Assembly: GCF_009914755.1 (NCBI RefSeq)
Contig: NC_060926.1
From: the human T2T-CHM13v2.0 reference genome, Homo sapiens
DNA length: 64,000 nucleotides
Reading direction: 5' to 3' (one strand)
Positions within the stretch are counted from its first letter, which is position 1. Every line of letters starts with the position of its first letter. The notes below the pieces were generated by a model. That model ran no database searches and had not been told where the DNA came from. It saw nothing but the letters and a program-made list of their open reading frames with translations. Below are positions 1-13,600 of this stretch, piece after piece. The translations under genes and the position numbers were made by a program.

Positions 1-735
1 CATTCTTCAAAACCAGCTTCAATTTTATTTTTAGGTACAAGAATTTCTTGACCCTATGGAAAAAATAAATCCTACCGCCTATATTATTTTAGTGCCAAGT
101 AAATAATATTTTTGTTGCATTTATTACCTAACACTGACAAGTATTTGTTTAGAAGTCTGTGTTGAGTATATATTAGATACTCAATAGAAATTTGTTGAAG
201 CAAATATTACCTTCTATCTCAGATGGTGGTGTGATAAGATGTCACGAATAAATGAATTCTTAGAAATTGAGACTCAACTCATGAACAGTGAGGGTTTTTT
301 TCTGTATTAATTCATTCTATCATCCAATTAACAGATTTAGTGAGCATCTATTATAGCTACACATTATGCAAATCTCTGGAGAAGAAAGGAATGAATAAGC
401 TTTTCTATTTTATTCATAAGCTTAATGAAAAAGATGTATTTCTTATTTTTTGCAAAATTATTATATAAAAATTTTATAGACAATTTTTTATAATTTAGAT
501 TATCATATTTTAAATGTAATTACTCTTCAGAATAATGCCGTACTTTTTCTTTTTTCTGAAAAAGGCACTGAGAGTGTGCATTTCCTCAAAGATGTAGAGA
601 GCATTTCAGGCATTATGAAAATAAATAGCCTGAAGCCTGAGAAGAGAATTAAATCCTCACCTTTGTGAACTTTAGCTTTGCCATCTATTGTTATCAAGAT
701 GCCTGCATTCAGGCTGAGTGGCACCAACAGCTGCT

Positions 736-775
736 CTTTGTTGAGTGTTCCCTGGCTTTGTTGAGTGTTCCCTGG
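736..775. repeat. Perfect 20-bp tandem duplication
   Basis: ctttgttgagtgttccctgg occurs twice head-to-tail (736-755, 756-775). Confidence 0.95.
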
Positions 776-1396
776 GTAAACAGCATTGTTTTCCAGTACT
801 CATAGAGCAGAAAACGGAGCATTTTCTTGCTAATTCTCTGAGGCACTCCAAACAGTTAGTAAAACCCAGTTGAGCAAGAGGGTTCTCTCTGAGCCTTGGT
901 TTTCTCTTCACTAAAATAAATGGGTTGGGAAAGCTTGTCTACCTTTACCTAAGAGATTCTTTAATCTGCATGTTCATCTCACGTATGTTGACAAAACAAC
1001 CATCAGCTTGGAGGGGTGTGGGGAGAAAGAAGCACTATGGGAGACTGGAGAGAGAGAAGAGAAGGAAGCAAACAACCTTCATTCAAATTCTGCTCCATAG
1101 GAATCCAAGTCTGTTGCCATCCTGTCTTGGGTTCTCTTCTCTGTGATTAATCACTAACTTGGAGCTGAAATACAGGTCTACACTTCTCTGCATCTACTGT
1201 CTGTATCTACATCTGTGTCTGTCTAGCTAGCCAGCTATTTATATTAAAATTCAACAATAAGGCACAGGTAGTAAACAAAGATGTTCATAGAGCAACTCAG
1301 GTAGCATCCTGGGCTACCAGCACCCTCGAATCCTGATGTTGCATGGTGTTAACATGAGGATGGTCACTCATATTTTAATGTGTCAAGTGTACAGAT

Positions 1397-1577
1397 CAGT
1401 GGTTCTCAAACTTGAATGTACATCAGAACCACCTAAAGGGATCATTCAAATGCAGATTGCTGGGCCTGACTTTAAGATTTTCAGCTCTAGTCAGTTTTAG
1501 ATGGGTCCAAGAATTTGGATTTCTCACAAATTCCCAGGGGAGACTGATGCAAATAGTCCAGAGACCACCCTTGGAGA
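1397..1577. mobile_element. MER5A-like hAT-Charlie MITE
   Basis: Starts cagtggttctcaaactt...catcagaaccacc, contains tgcagattgctgggcc and ccaagaatttggatttctcacaaattccca, ends ccagagaccacccttggaga; matches the recalled MER5A layout. Confidence 0.8.
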
Positions 1578-2377
1578 GAGAAGGGGGGGGCCAAGTGAGG
1601 TGAGAAATGCCTGTTCTCTATACCAATCCCTCTTCCTAATGGGAAAAATGTACCATAGCAAGGACATGTCTTCATTTGAATATTTCGTGTTCTTTTACAA
1701 ATACTGTTTTCTCTTGGAGTTCAGGCATTTGGAAGACACCTGTTCATTAGCCTCTGTCTATTGTTGGGTAAAGGAGGCAAAGGCAAAACAACAAAGAAAT
1801 TGTAAAAACTCAGATATGCTCAATATTACTTTATAAACTACCCTTGCTGCCCTTACAGTGTATAAACTGTGTATTTGCTCTACCTGGGCACCTTTTAGGT
1901 CCTAAGATTTTTCCTAGTTCTTTGGTTATTTATCTCCATATTTCAGCTCATGAACCACTTGACAGGCTTTGCTTTTTAAAAATGAGGAAATTCGTAAGAG
2001 TTTAACCATAACATTTCACAACAGTAATATAGGAAGCAGCAAATCTTAAGAAAACATATTAAGAAAAGAAAATGTGCATCACTTGTCTTCTTTTGTATTT
2101 TTCCCTAATAATTACTGTGGGGCTGTCCCCCTCAATGATTTATTTATTTATTCCTTTTTATAAAAACTGTATTCACTCACGGAAGCTCTTCTCAGCTCTT
2201 GAATTGTTGTCTTGGGCTAATTTTTCAATGTTATTTTAAAAATGACATGTTTTTCTTAATGAAATAAGCTTGGTAATAGTTTGATTCTTGCTCAATTATA
2301 ATTAGGGGAATAGGTCAAAGATCAACATTCATCACCTCATACAAGGCTGACAACTATGTCTGATAGTTGGTATGCTT

Positions 2378-2480
2378 ACATCCGTTTTACAGAGGAGGAA
2401 ACTGAGGCATATACAGGAGAAGTAACTTCACCAGTTATCTGACCACAGATAATAGCTCAGAGATTCAATCTGAGTGTGTC
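2378..2480 (-). mobile_element. MIR core fragment
   Basis: catccgttttacagaggaggaaactgaggca...aagtaactt is the MIR core motif. Confidence 0.65.
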
Positions 2481-3189
2481 GGGTTCCAATGATTCCACTA
2501 TGTGTTATTATGTATAGAGTTACATATACTATAAGAGAAATTGTATTCAAGGTACTCAGTTATATTTTTTATTCTGATCCAGAAAAATTACCAACCCTGC
2601 CCACAAATGCGCTTTACAATCTCTTCTGTTTGCATTTGAAGATACTCTATCAATAAAGCAAAAAGACGAATGACAAAGAGCCATCTACATCACCTAAATG
2701 TTACACAGGAGTTCTGGATAAAAATCATGAGTCCTGGCCCAGGGTTCTTCTCTGCACCAAAAACCACAATTGTCCCCTTGTTCCCTTGTCTTAGTCATGT
2801 CATGCTCCATGGAGTCTCAAGGCCGCCTATCCTATCTTGTCCTGTACACACTGGAAGGTTTAGATCAGATAGCATATTTGCTCATTCTTTTATTGGCATT
2901 TATAAAGAACCCTCATGGCATACAGTTCACAGTTAGGTGCTAGGATGATGCGAACATGAATAGGAGAAGATTTCTGATCTTCAGTGGCCACCAGATCATT
3001 GGAAGATATAAAGGGAATGCCTGTGATTAGCAAATATTACATATTAGCTGTTATTTCATGAAATTAAAGTGGTTGTCACAAACCAGAGCCAGTAAAAGAC
3101 CATGAGGTATTAAAAGAAGTCAGGATTTCAGGATGGCAGGATTAGGAATATCTTAGTGGAAGAAAGTGGCATTTGGCTGTACTTTAATG

Positions 3190-3765
3190 TTCTGTTTTCA
3201 AACATGGGCACATGGTTCTGAGATGTGCAAGGTGACCAACTGAGTTAGAAGAAGAACACATTAAATTTGGAAATATAAGAATTTTTATCTAAATTATTTT
3301 TAAAACTACATTAATAATAATGGATTTACTACTGAGACTGGTACTTTCACCCATAACCAAGTGTCATATCTGACACATGAGTTGTGCCCAGGGAAGGGCA
3401 GAGCTCCATGACAGATGGACTCTACTGACTCTTTTAACTTGCTAATATACATCCCTGAGTGCCTGGTTAATAGGATTTACAGATTCTATTATTTGGCTTT
3501 AATTAAGTAACACAGAGAAATGTACAAGTGGTTTGAAAATGTCTACCTAGAAGACATGGATTAAAGATGATATTACAAAGTCATCAATAAGAACATGGCA
3601 AAACTTCTTTCAAATGCCTCGTACAAGTTCACTTTCAATTGTATTATAGACATTTAGAACCCCAAAACCAAAATAATCAAGAAGATTATTTTAATTATGG
3701 ATTTACAGCCACAATTATTCATTATCTAACTCATCCAACATGTATATTTTACCCTTACATATTGA
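3190..3765 (+). mobile_element. Decayed hAT-Charlie/Buster transposase 5' fossil
   Basis: atgtacaagtggtttgaaa (~3520) resembles an MDKWLK-type start. 3669-3755 translates QNNQEDYFNYGFTATIIHYLTHPTCIF, like the EDYLKYGF...P.C..C BED-finger N-terminus of Charlie/Buster transposases. Confidence 0.55.
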
Positions 3766-5904
3766 ATTTATTAAGAAACGTGCAAGTGTCATATTGGTGG
3801 ATAGATGAATGAATAACTAAAATCTAGAAATTATGCTTTTCTTTAGAACATAAGTTAAGTGGCTCAGATCCATAGTTGAAAATATGTTAGTGATAAAGAC
3901 ATGGGTTTTGATATTTTTCTATGCATTCATCAACTTGCAAATTTGGGAATGTCAAAGCCTAATCTCACAGAAAAATTGACCTTAAAATTTTTGCTTACAG
4001 TAATAAAACATGTATTAATTATAGGAATACATGTACATGTATTATAGACTATGTATCAGTGATTTTTTTTTTTTACCGGATAAAGTCATATGATCTAAAG
4101 TTTACACATTATTGCCTACTAGATGGGCAAGATTCTGTACTCTAGTGATCCGAGTGATACCCCAAAAATTTGCAAGTTGTGTGGATCACTCCAAGCCCTG
4201 GTCAGCTTGGCATCCCCAGCACTTGGCATCACACTTGGTCATAATAGTCACGTAAAAATTCACTGTTGAATAAAGTTTAAAATAAAATACACACAGTTAC
4301 ATGATAGATGGATTGAAATAATTTATATTTTCTTTTTAAAAGAGGCTAGAGAAGAGCAAAAATTATATTTCTAGATTGTCAGTGAAATGAAAACCGATGA
4401 CTCGTCCAAAAGGAAATAGGTATTACAGCCTTCCAAAGCATATGTCTATATTTACATAAACAACATGAAATATTGTTATTTGGTCCAACATTTGAAATTA
4501 TATCAAGCATATTTTTATATCTTCTTCCCTTTTCTCTCATAGTAATTATTTAACATCAGAATTATAATGCTTAAATTACATATTCTAATTACTTTAGGCA
4601 ATGAAAGATATTTATACCTTTTTAACAGCAAATGTTTAATTAGCATATTAATCAAAAAATGAATAATTTACAAGTTGACTAACAGATATGAATTATTCTA
4701 AAAGAGGCCTTGCCCATGAGGAGCTCAGAAAGTCTATCAATTTTTTGAGATGTTCCCAGGCATATAACCAAAAGTGTTACTACCTATTTAATGAACTATT
4801 CAGAAAAATAAGATTAAGAATCTCAACGAATTAATGACATTTAAATTATCTCCCAGGTTCGCCCTTTGCCTTGAAGTCCTGATCTCTCATTTGGTCCTAT
4901 CTGAAACACAAAGCAAGAATGGAAGCAATTAACTCCAGAGTGCCCTTGACGCCATGGCCTCAACAGCACCCAGACATGGTGAGAGAGTCAGGCTTCCTGC
5001 TCAACCTAGTGGAAACTGGCTTTGAGGCCTGAGTTGTACTCAAAATGATGTCAGTTTGCTTAGTGCCTATGAAGACACACTCACACTCACAGGGTCTTGA
5101 GGATAGACGTAACTGAGCATTAAACAGAATGCTTTCCTTCTGGATCAATGCCCAAAAGTACAGGGTCTTTTAAGACCAACAGGACTGCTTCTCTTCTCAC
5201 GACCTGTTTGTCTATTCTTAACACAACAGCTTATACCAAACAATTTACAAATAGATAACCAAGGTGAGTAGGCCACGGTCTTGGGGATAGGGAAGACGCT
5301 ATCTCCTCTGTTCTCTGATTAGTTTATGTAAATACCTCCTTTGTCCCTTCAAATCTGTCTTTGATACCAATACTTTATAATAGTTACTGTAACTGCAGCT
5401 ATATTATACCAAGGCACTGGTTATAAAGTGAAACTCAAGCAAATGGTCATTTTGTGATTTCAGTGCATTATCTTTAATAATACAAAATGACTCCATGTCA
5501 GGTAGCTTTGGGGAGAGTATCGCTTTAACCCTAGAATCACAGGGCTCTCCCAAGCCCTCCCTCCATCTGCTGACAGTCATGGCGAGGCCACTGGGTGTGG
5601 TCTCAGGAGGATGGTGGAGCAATGCCTGGTAATGGATTTTCTGCCAGTGTCGGAACAGGCTCCAGAGCTGTGAACGGCACCACCAAGGAATCCAGGCCGG
5701 ATGACAGAAGAAAGAAGAGATAAGAAATGTAACATGGGGTGGATGTGAATACTCTTCCACTGGACATTTCCTTACTTTGTCATACATTTTGATCTCCTAA
5801 TTTAATTAGAAACAGGAATGAATGAATTCCCAGTACAACTTTCCCCTTTCTTATCCAAAGAGATTTTTTTAACCTATATTTTTATTTCCAACTAAAGTGT
5901 TTTA

Positions 5905-6125
5905 GAGTCCCTTTGGAGTTTCCGCAGAACAACCCACCAGCATTTCTTCCTGATAAGAGAACACGGCCACTGAGACCACTGACAAGTCTGGGTGGGTGCA
6001 CGGGCAGGGTCTTCGTGTCCTCTGCTGCACCACTGGTCATCAGCAGGCCAAGAACTCCACCCCCTGATTATGATAAGTAAGGCCATCATTTATTAAGCAT
6101 GGGTCCCCTGAAGAGTTATGAAACT
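5905..6125 (+). repeat. Partial copy of the internal part of the ERV1 LTR at 7309-8025
   Basis: Colinear with 7553-7768, including the identical run gcagaacaacccaccagcatttcttcctgat; lacks both LTR ends. Confidence 0.8.
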
Positions 6126-7308
6126 GAAAGGGGCAGACACAAACATACATGTAAATTTTCTTTGCCTGTATTTAACATAAGTGCAATATATTCATAGGAC
6201 TTTGAAATAAGTGATAATTTTTATTAGTCAGTGGATTCTTACCCATGCATTAAGAAGAACTTGAATATCTATGAGATGGTTTAGTATGATACCTATTAAT
6301 CAGTGTGTCAACAGATATCCAGTAGAAGATGTTTAATAGCAGTACATGTTTGAGCAGGAAATAGTGGATGAGGTAAATGAATAAATATTGAATAAAATCA
6401 CAGACTTAATTTACAAATAAATGAATGGCTATAAATGTTAGAGAGAGGATAGTTGTGAATCTTGTTTTTCTTAGGTTCCCTTATCTTTGTGGGTACTGGG
6501 AAGCTGAAGATGCCTTATCACAGAGGTAGGCTTCTGGGTAACACTTCCTGCAGGTTTGTATCTGTTGTAATCAAAACAGAATTACTATGGAGCTGAAAAC
6601 AAGGCTTTTAAAGCTTAGGGGGGAAACAAAGTGTGTTCATGTATTCATGTCTTCATTCTACGAATCTGTGAGGAGAGTATAAATATGATAAAATGTTGAG
6701 GGCCACCGCAAACGGGGTCACCAATGACCATAGGAATGTGAGAACTTCAGTGGGGCCTGTGCTGGGTGCAGTGGCTGAATGTGGAGAGATGACAGCAAGG
6801 GAGTCGGGGCGACTTGCCCCAGGAGTTTGTTAAGTGGTTCAACCTGTCAGTCTTGTCTTTGACCTTCAAACCTCATGATACCTTGAAAATTAGTTCTAAA
6901 TTATAACATGGGGTTAATCAAGTAGGTTGTGTGGGACTTCATTTTAAAGATGTGAAAACATGAGTGAGTGTGTGGATGTGTTCCAAGGAGTGACTTTCTG
7001 CAATAAGTTACTATTTATTTAAAAATGTTTAACAAAATTTTCTCAAGGCATGCAAGTAATTAGCATAGGCTAATTTTGAACTAAAGTAAGAGTCTACCCT
7101 TATTTTCACCTAAGTGTGCCCAAGAGATGATGTTAAAACCAAGGCTCCATATAAGTTGAGATAAACCATGCCTTCGCCTCACACAAGTACATGGCAGCAT
7201 CTGCTGTCCACCTTCCTTCCTTGCCAGTTCCAGTCCCAGCACAGGTACTCAGAATGGACACCTAGTTGACTCCAGGTGTCTGGTCCTAGAATTAATGCCA
7301 TTTACAAC

Positions 7309-8025
7309 TGTAAGCTAACAATAAAATCCTAAGACCCAACTGATTGAATGGACCACCTCTTGGCCAAGGGGTTGCAAGAGTAATTTTGGAGAATGAATTT
7401 CTAGCCGTGATGGGATGAGAGGTCAGACATGCCTGGTTCTACCCTCTCCCTTAGCTAACCATAATTAGGCTTTCTCCCTAACACCGAATAGAAAGCAGCC
7501 CTTTCAAAAGACTCCACCACTGACATCAACCAACCAGCTGATGCTGACCCTCCCTTTTGAGGTTTCTGCAGAACAACCCACCAGCATTTCTTCCTGATGA
7601 GAGACCACTGGTCACTGAGTGGCTCTGACAAGTCTAGGTGGAGGCACAGTAAGGGTCTTCGTGCCTTCTGCTGCACCTTTTGACATCAGAGGGCCAAGAA
7701 CTACACCCCGGATCATGCTAAGAAAGGCGGCCATTTGTTGAACGTGGGTCCTCTGAAGAGGCATGAAGGTCAACAGCACAAACCTGTGGCTTTCCTCATA
7801 AATATGAATGACTCTACCTGTAGCCTATTGAATATGCATATTTGACCTCCTGTCTCAGCATGAATTCCCATGCCCTTTGCTTCTCCCTCCAAATGCCTGT
7901 TTCTGGCCTCTGACTTGAGGCTATCTTCCTAGGCAGTCAGAATGGCCACCCCACAGCCTGTGGCACTTTATGAGAATAAGGCTCCCTTTTCCAAATTTAG
8001 GAACCTCATCATACTTCAGTTGACA
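7309..8025 (+). mobile_element. Solo ERV1-class LTR (MER4 group; MER39/MER65-like, subfamily uncertain)
   Basis: TGT...ACA termini (tgtaagctaacaataaaatcctaag ... cttcagttgaca), ~717 bp, aataag near the 3' end, near-TSD caac/gaac. Confidence 0.75.
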
Positions 8026-8112
8026 GAACCAGCAAATCCCACTGAATGGGAAGCTTTGTGCTGAAATGGCAAGAACTCCTGAGAGTCACGTCTGTGCTTA
8101 GACAAAGGCACC

Positions 8113-8447
8113 ACTATGGACTGAACGTGTGTGTCCTTGAAAATAAATCCTCACTCCCAAAGTGATAGTGTTAGGAGGCGATGAAGTCAGAGGGTCGAGC
8201 CCTGGTAAATGGGATTTGTGCCCTTGTAAAAGGGATCCAGAAACCTGCCTCGTCCCTTCCCCCATGTGAGGACACAGTCAGAATGTGCCATCCTTCAGCT
8301 AGGAAAGAACCCTCACCAGACACCAATCTGCTGGTGCTGTGCCGTGATCTTTCATGCTTCAGTCTCCAGGACTGTGAGAAATAAGGTGGATTTGTTCATA
8401 AGCTTCCTTGTCCATGATGCTTTGTTAAGGCAGCCTGCACTGAGACT
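8113..8447 (+). mobile_element. MLT1A-type MaLR LTR
   Basis: actatggactgaacgtgtgtgtcc start; gccctggtaaatgggatttgtgcccttgtaaaag; ccatgtgaggacacag; ctccaggactgtgagaaataa. Confidence 0.8.
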
Positions 8448-8929
8448 GTGCTCGTGAGGTGCTTGGGCAATTCCTCCAGCCATCACCTCCTGCCTCCTAC
8501 CACAGACACTCCAGCCTTCTCATGAGGACACGATCCTGCCTGGCTCACTGGGTGTCCAGCCTGTCGCAGTTTCCACAGAGCCCACGGTCCCAATACTGTG
8601 AGGTCTGGCCCTGTCCTCTGCAGGACACCTGCAGCTGGAGGCTGGCCTTGACATTGCTTAGCTCAAAGGCCCAAGTTTGCTTAGTCTTGGCCTGGACTTG
8701 CTTCTCTCTCTCTACCATGTGAGTTAATTTTGTTGTGCTCTTTTCCAGTGGACTCTGGAAGGACAGGCTTCCTCCCACTGTGCCTTAAACCCTGCAGCTA
8801 GTGGTGGCTACAGGTCCCCGTGGCCTGTGCTTCACGACGGGAAGGACATGGAGTCCCAGAGGAAGGGAAGAAGGGAGGCTCCACAATCCTGCCAAGAGTG
8901 GGTCCTTGGGGTAAAATAACGTGATGCTT

Positions 8930-9713
8930 ATACACATACATGAGACACACAGAGACACACACACACACCACCATACCACACACACCACATCACCATACCA
9001 CATAAATCACCCACATCACACACACACACACACCACTCACCACATACCGCACCACACACACACCACACTACACACATACCATACCACACAGACACTACAC
9101 CATACCACACACACACCACAAACACACACATTACATACCACACTTACCTCACATCGCACTCACCAGAGACCACACACACCACACTGTACATGCTACACAC
9201 AACACTACCATCCACACCACACCACACATACCACATACACCGCACACCACACCACAATCCACACCACAGCATGCACACACACACACCACAGACACCACAC
9301 CACTATACCACATGCACCACCCACATTACACACACACATCACACACACTACTCACCACACACCACACCACACCATACACACACCATACCACACAGATCAC
9401 ACATACCATACCATACCACACCACACACACTCCACAAACACACTAAATACCACACATATCTCACATCACACTCACCACAGGGACCACACACACCACCCAC
9501 ATCACACCACACACCACACCACCATTCATACCACACACACACCACATCGTACATGCCATACACACACTACATACCACACATAATCTCACATCATACTCGC
9601 TACAGAGACCACACACCACACTCACCACACACCGCTCACCACACAACACAGCAACACCCCCACATGTATGCCACACACACACACACACAATACCACCCAC
9701 TACACATATGCAC
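8930..9713. repeat. Degenerate CA/CCA-rich low-complexity tract (~780 bp)
   Basis: Mosaic of cacac/cacca/catac units, almost no G on the + strand; source of the His/Thr and Val/Cys pseudo-ORFs. Confidence 0.95.
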
Positions 9714-12127
9714 TAACTTGAATACTGGAGAATTTTAGCCTTATGCTAAATTTTTCATCCAACTAACGTAAAATATGTATTCAGTAACCTGTATTTGCCA
9801 CGCATTGAGCCGGGCTGGGAACGCACAGTGGTAACAGCAGAGCTGCTGTCTTTGGAAGCTCACAGGGCTCTGCACAGGACACACAGGCCAACTGCTGGTT
9901 ACGGTGCATGATGAGAACGCTCAGCACACAGGGCAGCCAGAGCCATTTTCCCTCGGGCTCCTATTATCCCTCAGATATTGATTTCACAGAGGAAGTTCTT
10001 ACCTTGTCCATGAATGAAAACTCTGACAGGCTCAAGAATTTTCTAATTATTGTCAGATAATTCAAAAGGTTAGAGTCATTTTAAGGAACGAAACACTGTC
10101 TTGATTCAGAAACTAGAAAGTACATTTCAATACACTAATCAACAAATGTGTCCTGTTCTTTCCATGGTGAGGCATCTCCAGGAGCCCGGGGATCAGCCAG
10201 GGCCCTCAGCAGGAGGAGGGGCAGCTCCTGCCTCCTCTCACCTCCTTCCCTGCTCCACTCCTCTGCCGCCTTTTCTGACTCTGTTGCAGGGAGGAGTAGC
10301 TGTGAGGAGAGAGAGGTTTTAACTAACTGGTGTTACTATAAAATGACTTCATACCCTTCTGTCTGGCCCACATTAAAATCTGCAGCTTGTGAACCCTCAA
10401 TGGGTTCTTCAGAAGCCCCACGTACCTTGACATGGAAGAGCCCCTTTATTCTGGGGTCACTGATCCCTTCTGCAGTTCCTGCCAGCTCACTTCCTCCTTT
10501 GCTGAGGGCTATTCTATGGTCTGGGCAGTCCGCCCATAGGAAAGGACCTGAGGGGACTCCACACCAGATGGCTGGTACAGGGCTTACATGTGGTCCATTA
10601 GGAACACTCACTCATTCCTTGAAGAAACTCTTGACACAAGGGCTAATCTAGCCTGCCAGTTTCTCTCCCCATCTGAAGAATTAGCTGGCATGATTCAGGG
10701 ACAGCTCACTGTGTCCCACAAGGTCTAGAGGGCACACTTCAATCTCTGCAGGTGGTCCTGTGAAAGCCCATCTCAGTTAGGTGCAAGGTGAGAATTAAGA
10801 ACCTCCTACCGTTTCCCTTGGAGGTGAGATTCACAGGATCCCAGCAGCTCTTATTGAGGAATTTTCAACAACTCCTCTCCTCAACTTTTCCTATGCCCTT
10901 TGGGTGTTTTAGGGGGCATCCTATTTCACATGTCTGAAAGTACTATCAATGGTCTACTTCAAAATTCATTTTGGTGGTTTTAACTAACTGTTATTAGTGC
11001 CTCAATTTTTTTTATTTGGTGCCTCGGTAAAAATTGCTAATATAATATCCTGTTATAAATATAATGTGAGTGAATATACAAGATGTAATGGAAGGCCAGA
11101 GGAAGGGGTAGTGCTGGAGAGTTCATTTCCTGCCTCCAAAACTCTTTCCAGGTGCTAAAAAAAAAAAAAATCCTCAAGACATTTTTTTTCTAGATATTCA
11201 ATGTAACAGGAATAAATTCACCCCACATTTCTAACACATGAAACTTTTGTTTTCAAGGAATGTTTGTCAACTGCACATTGTCAAGTCAAAAGTGAAGATG
11301 ACCCTCATATTTTGGAATTTTGATAAAATATAGGAGTAGGCAAAGGAAAACTCAATTAGTTCAGTAAGATTTTAATATAAATTAGAGTTCATTATTTTTC
11401 AATTATCAGCAAATACATGGACAGTGTAAGTCAGGGAAACTAAATCTCTTTAGTTACAAAAGGAGACCCAAGCTATTTTAGTATAAAATAAATAAATAAG
11501 TAAATCTTTTAGTGGCCCAAGGCAAAAAGTTTTGTGTATCTTCTGTATAGGAAAGGAATAATTTATAACAGGAAGAAAGCCTGATTTTGGCACTCTACTA
11601 CAGAATTACATCTGTTTGACATGCATTATGTTTTTGGACAGAATAGACAAAGTATAATATATGGCAATGTAACCAAACTTGTAAAGCAGAATAAATCATT
11701 CTCTTCTACTAGCAAAACTCAAAGAAGCCAGAATAGAATACCGCCAGATCTGCCTGCCACTTTTTTTAACCAATGCATTTGGGAGAACATGACTTTCATT
11801 GTAAGATGTATTTAATTTCTATTCTGTAATTTAGATCACATAATGTTATCCTCCATCATTGATTACTTAACAACATGCTGTCTCTACAACTAATTTTAGG
11901 CAAAAAGTAAACTAAAAAGCTATATTCTACAATCCAGGGGGTGGAGGGGATGAATCAAATACGTATATATTTAATTCTGAGGAATTAAAAAATATTTTGT
12001 CATTTAGAATATATTCAAATGTCTTTGCAATATGGCCAGGCTCTATATAACTGTAATAACAAAAAGTTGTAAATCCTGCCCTTTCTGATCTTCAATTCTT
12101 GTTGGTTTTAAGAGAAGTAATTATTCA

Positions 12128-12280
12128 GGCTAGGTTTGGTGGCACCCATCTGCAATCCCAGGTACTGGAGAGTCTGAGGCGGGAGGATTTCTTGAGCCCA
12201 GGAGCTGGAGGCTGCAGTGAGCTATGATTGCATCATTGCACTCCATCCTAGATGACAGTGAGACCTGTTTCTAAAAGAAA
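12128..12280 (+). mobile_element. Free Alu monomer (FRAM/FAM-like)
   Basis: Single right-arm-like monomer ggctaggtttggtggcac...cttgagcccaggagctggaggctgcagtgagctatgat...ctaaaagaaa. Confidence 0.8.
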
Positions 12281-12429
12281 GAGAGAGAGAAATAATGTGC
12301 TTGCTACCTTGCTAAATGGTGTCTTGTCATCTTGGACAAGTGGATCCCTTTGGCTCATTCTGCTATTCTCTCTCCTTGCTGATCTCTCGTGGAGCACAGA
12401 ACTCCGAGAAGATCGGATGGCTTCCCCTG

Positions 12430-12665
12430 ACCAGAGCTCCTCTCAGAGTCAACTTGTCTTTAAACCACTTTTTCTGCCTGGGTTCTGCTCACACTTCCTT
12501 CTCTGCCCTTTGGCTGCAGGGTGATCCACTATCCCTTCTGGGTTTTGTTGTTGTTGTTGCAGTTTATCCTACCAAGACCTACACAAATAGTCTCTTTATT
12601 AAATGCGCCTCAGATTATCTCAATTTGAAGGTTGTATTTGTCTCTTGCTAGGAGTCTGTTTGAAA
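12430..12665 (+). mobile_element. ERVL LTR 3' fragment (LTR33-like)
   Basis: aatagtctctttattaaatgcgcctcagattatctcaatttga...tttgtctcttgctagga resembles the recalled LTR33 3' end. Confidence 0.5.
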
Positions 12666-12721
12666 CTATGGATTTCTAAAGCTCTGTGTATTTATGTAGA
12701 TATACACGTACCCATACACCC

Positions 12722-13010
12722 TGTAATGGTTTAAACTGTGTTGTCTCCAAAAGATATGTCCTTGTCCCAACCCTGGGGACCTGTGAACATGGCATGATGC
12801 AGCCACAAGCCATGGAGTCCCTGAAGCCACTAGAAGCTGCAAGAGGCACGGAAGGACCCTCTCCTACAACATCTACAGGGAGCACAGCTTTGTTGAAGCC
12901 TTAACCTTTTGGCTTTTGGCTTTGAGAACTGTGAGAGAATACATTTCTGGTCTCTTAAGCCACCTAGTTTAATGCTCGTCTGTTTATATAAACCACAGGA
13001 AACAAATATA
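12722..13010 (+). mobile_element. MLT1C-type MaLR LTR, internally deleted
   Basis: tgtaatggtttaaactgtg...ccaaaagatatgtc; gcagccacaagcc; gaactgtgagagaatacatttctg...ttaagccacctagttt...aggaaacaaatata. Confidence 0.75.
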
Positions 13011-13306
13011 TGTCTATATGTACATCAGCATCTATACATTTGTTTATACAAGCATAGATAATTTCTATAAATACATAGTAAAATCTTATAGTATAATTAC
13101 TTCTGAGAGTGGCACAGGTGCACTTCATGTATTATTTCTGCAAAGGTACATGTGTGTTTAGAATGTATTTATGTTGATAATTTAGGAAAAGAAATTATTA
13201 GAAAAGGAATTAGAGCATAAAATTTCCTTTAAAGAGTATTTCAGTTGAACAATGATCACAGAACTCAAAAAACTGAGTCTTTTCATGGCAATAAGAATGA
13301 CCCCTG

Positions 13307-13600
13307 GGCTGGGCATGGTGGTTTACGCTTATAATTCCACCATTTTGGGGAATCAAGGCAGGAGGGCTGCTTGAGGCCAGGAGTTTAAGACAAGCTTGAG
13401 CCACATAGCGAGACCTCATTTCTAAGAACATAATAATAAATTAGCCAGGCATGGTGACACACGCCTGTAGTCCCAAGTACTCAGGAGACTGAGGCTGGAG
13501 GATCACTTGAGCCCAGGAATTCAAGACTACAGTGAGCTGTGATCCCACCACTGCACTCCAACTGGGGTGACAGAATGAGACCCTGTCTCTAAAAAGGAAA
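13307..13600 (+). mobile_element. AluJ
   Basis: Dimeric Alu with J-type diagnostics (cttgaggccaggagttt, cttgagcccagg); TSD aagaatgacccct/aagaatgcccct. Confidence 0.9.

Noticed and set aside
5404-5787. GC-richer exon-like segment / 127-aa ORF
   Set aside because: No recognisable protein in the frames I read and no clear splice-site pair; a non-coding exon cannot be excluded.
8785-9738. His/Thr-rich (220 aa, 182 aa) and Val/Cys-rich ORFs
   Set aside because: Translations of the CA-rich tract, whose composition rarely produces stop codons.
10101-10651. 167-aa ORF in a GC-richer region
   Set aside because: No recognisable domain; Ser/Leu/Pro-rich composition typical of chance ORFs.
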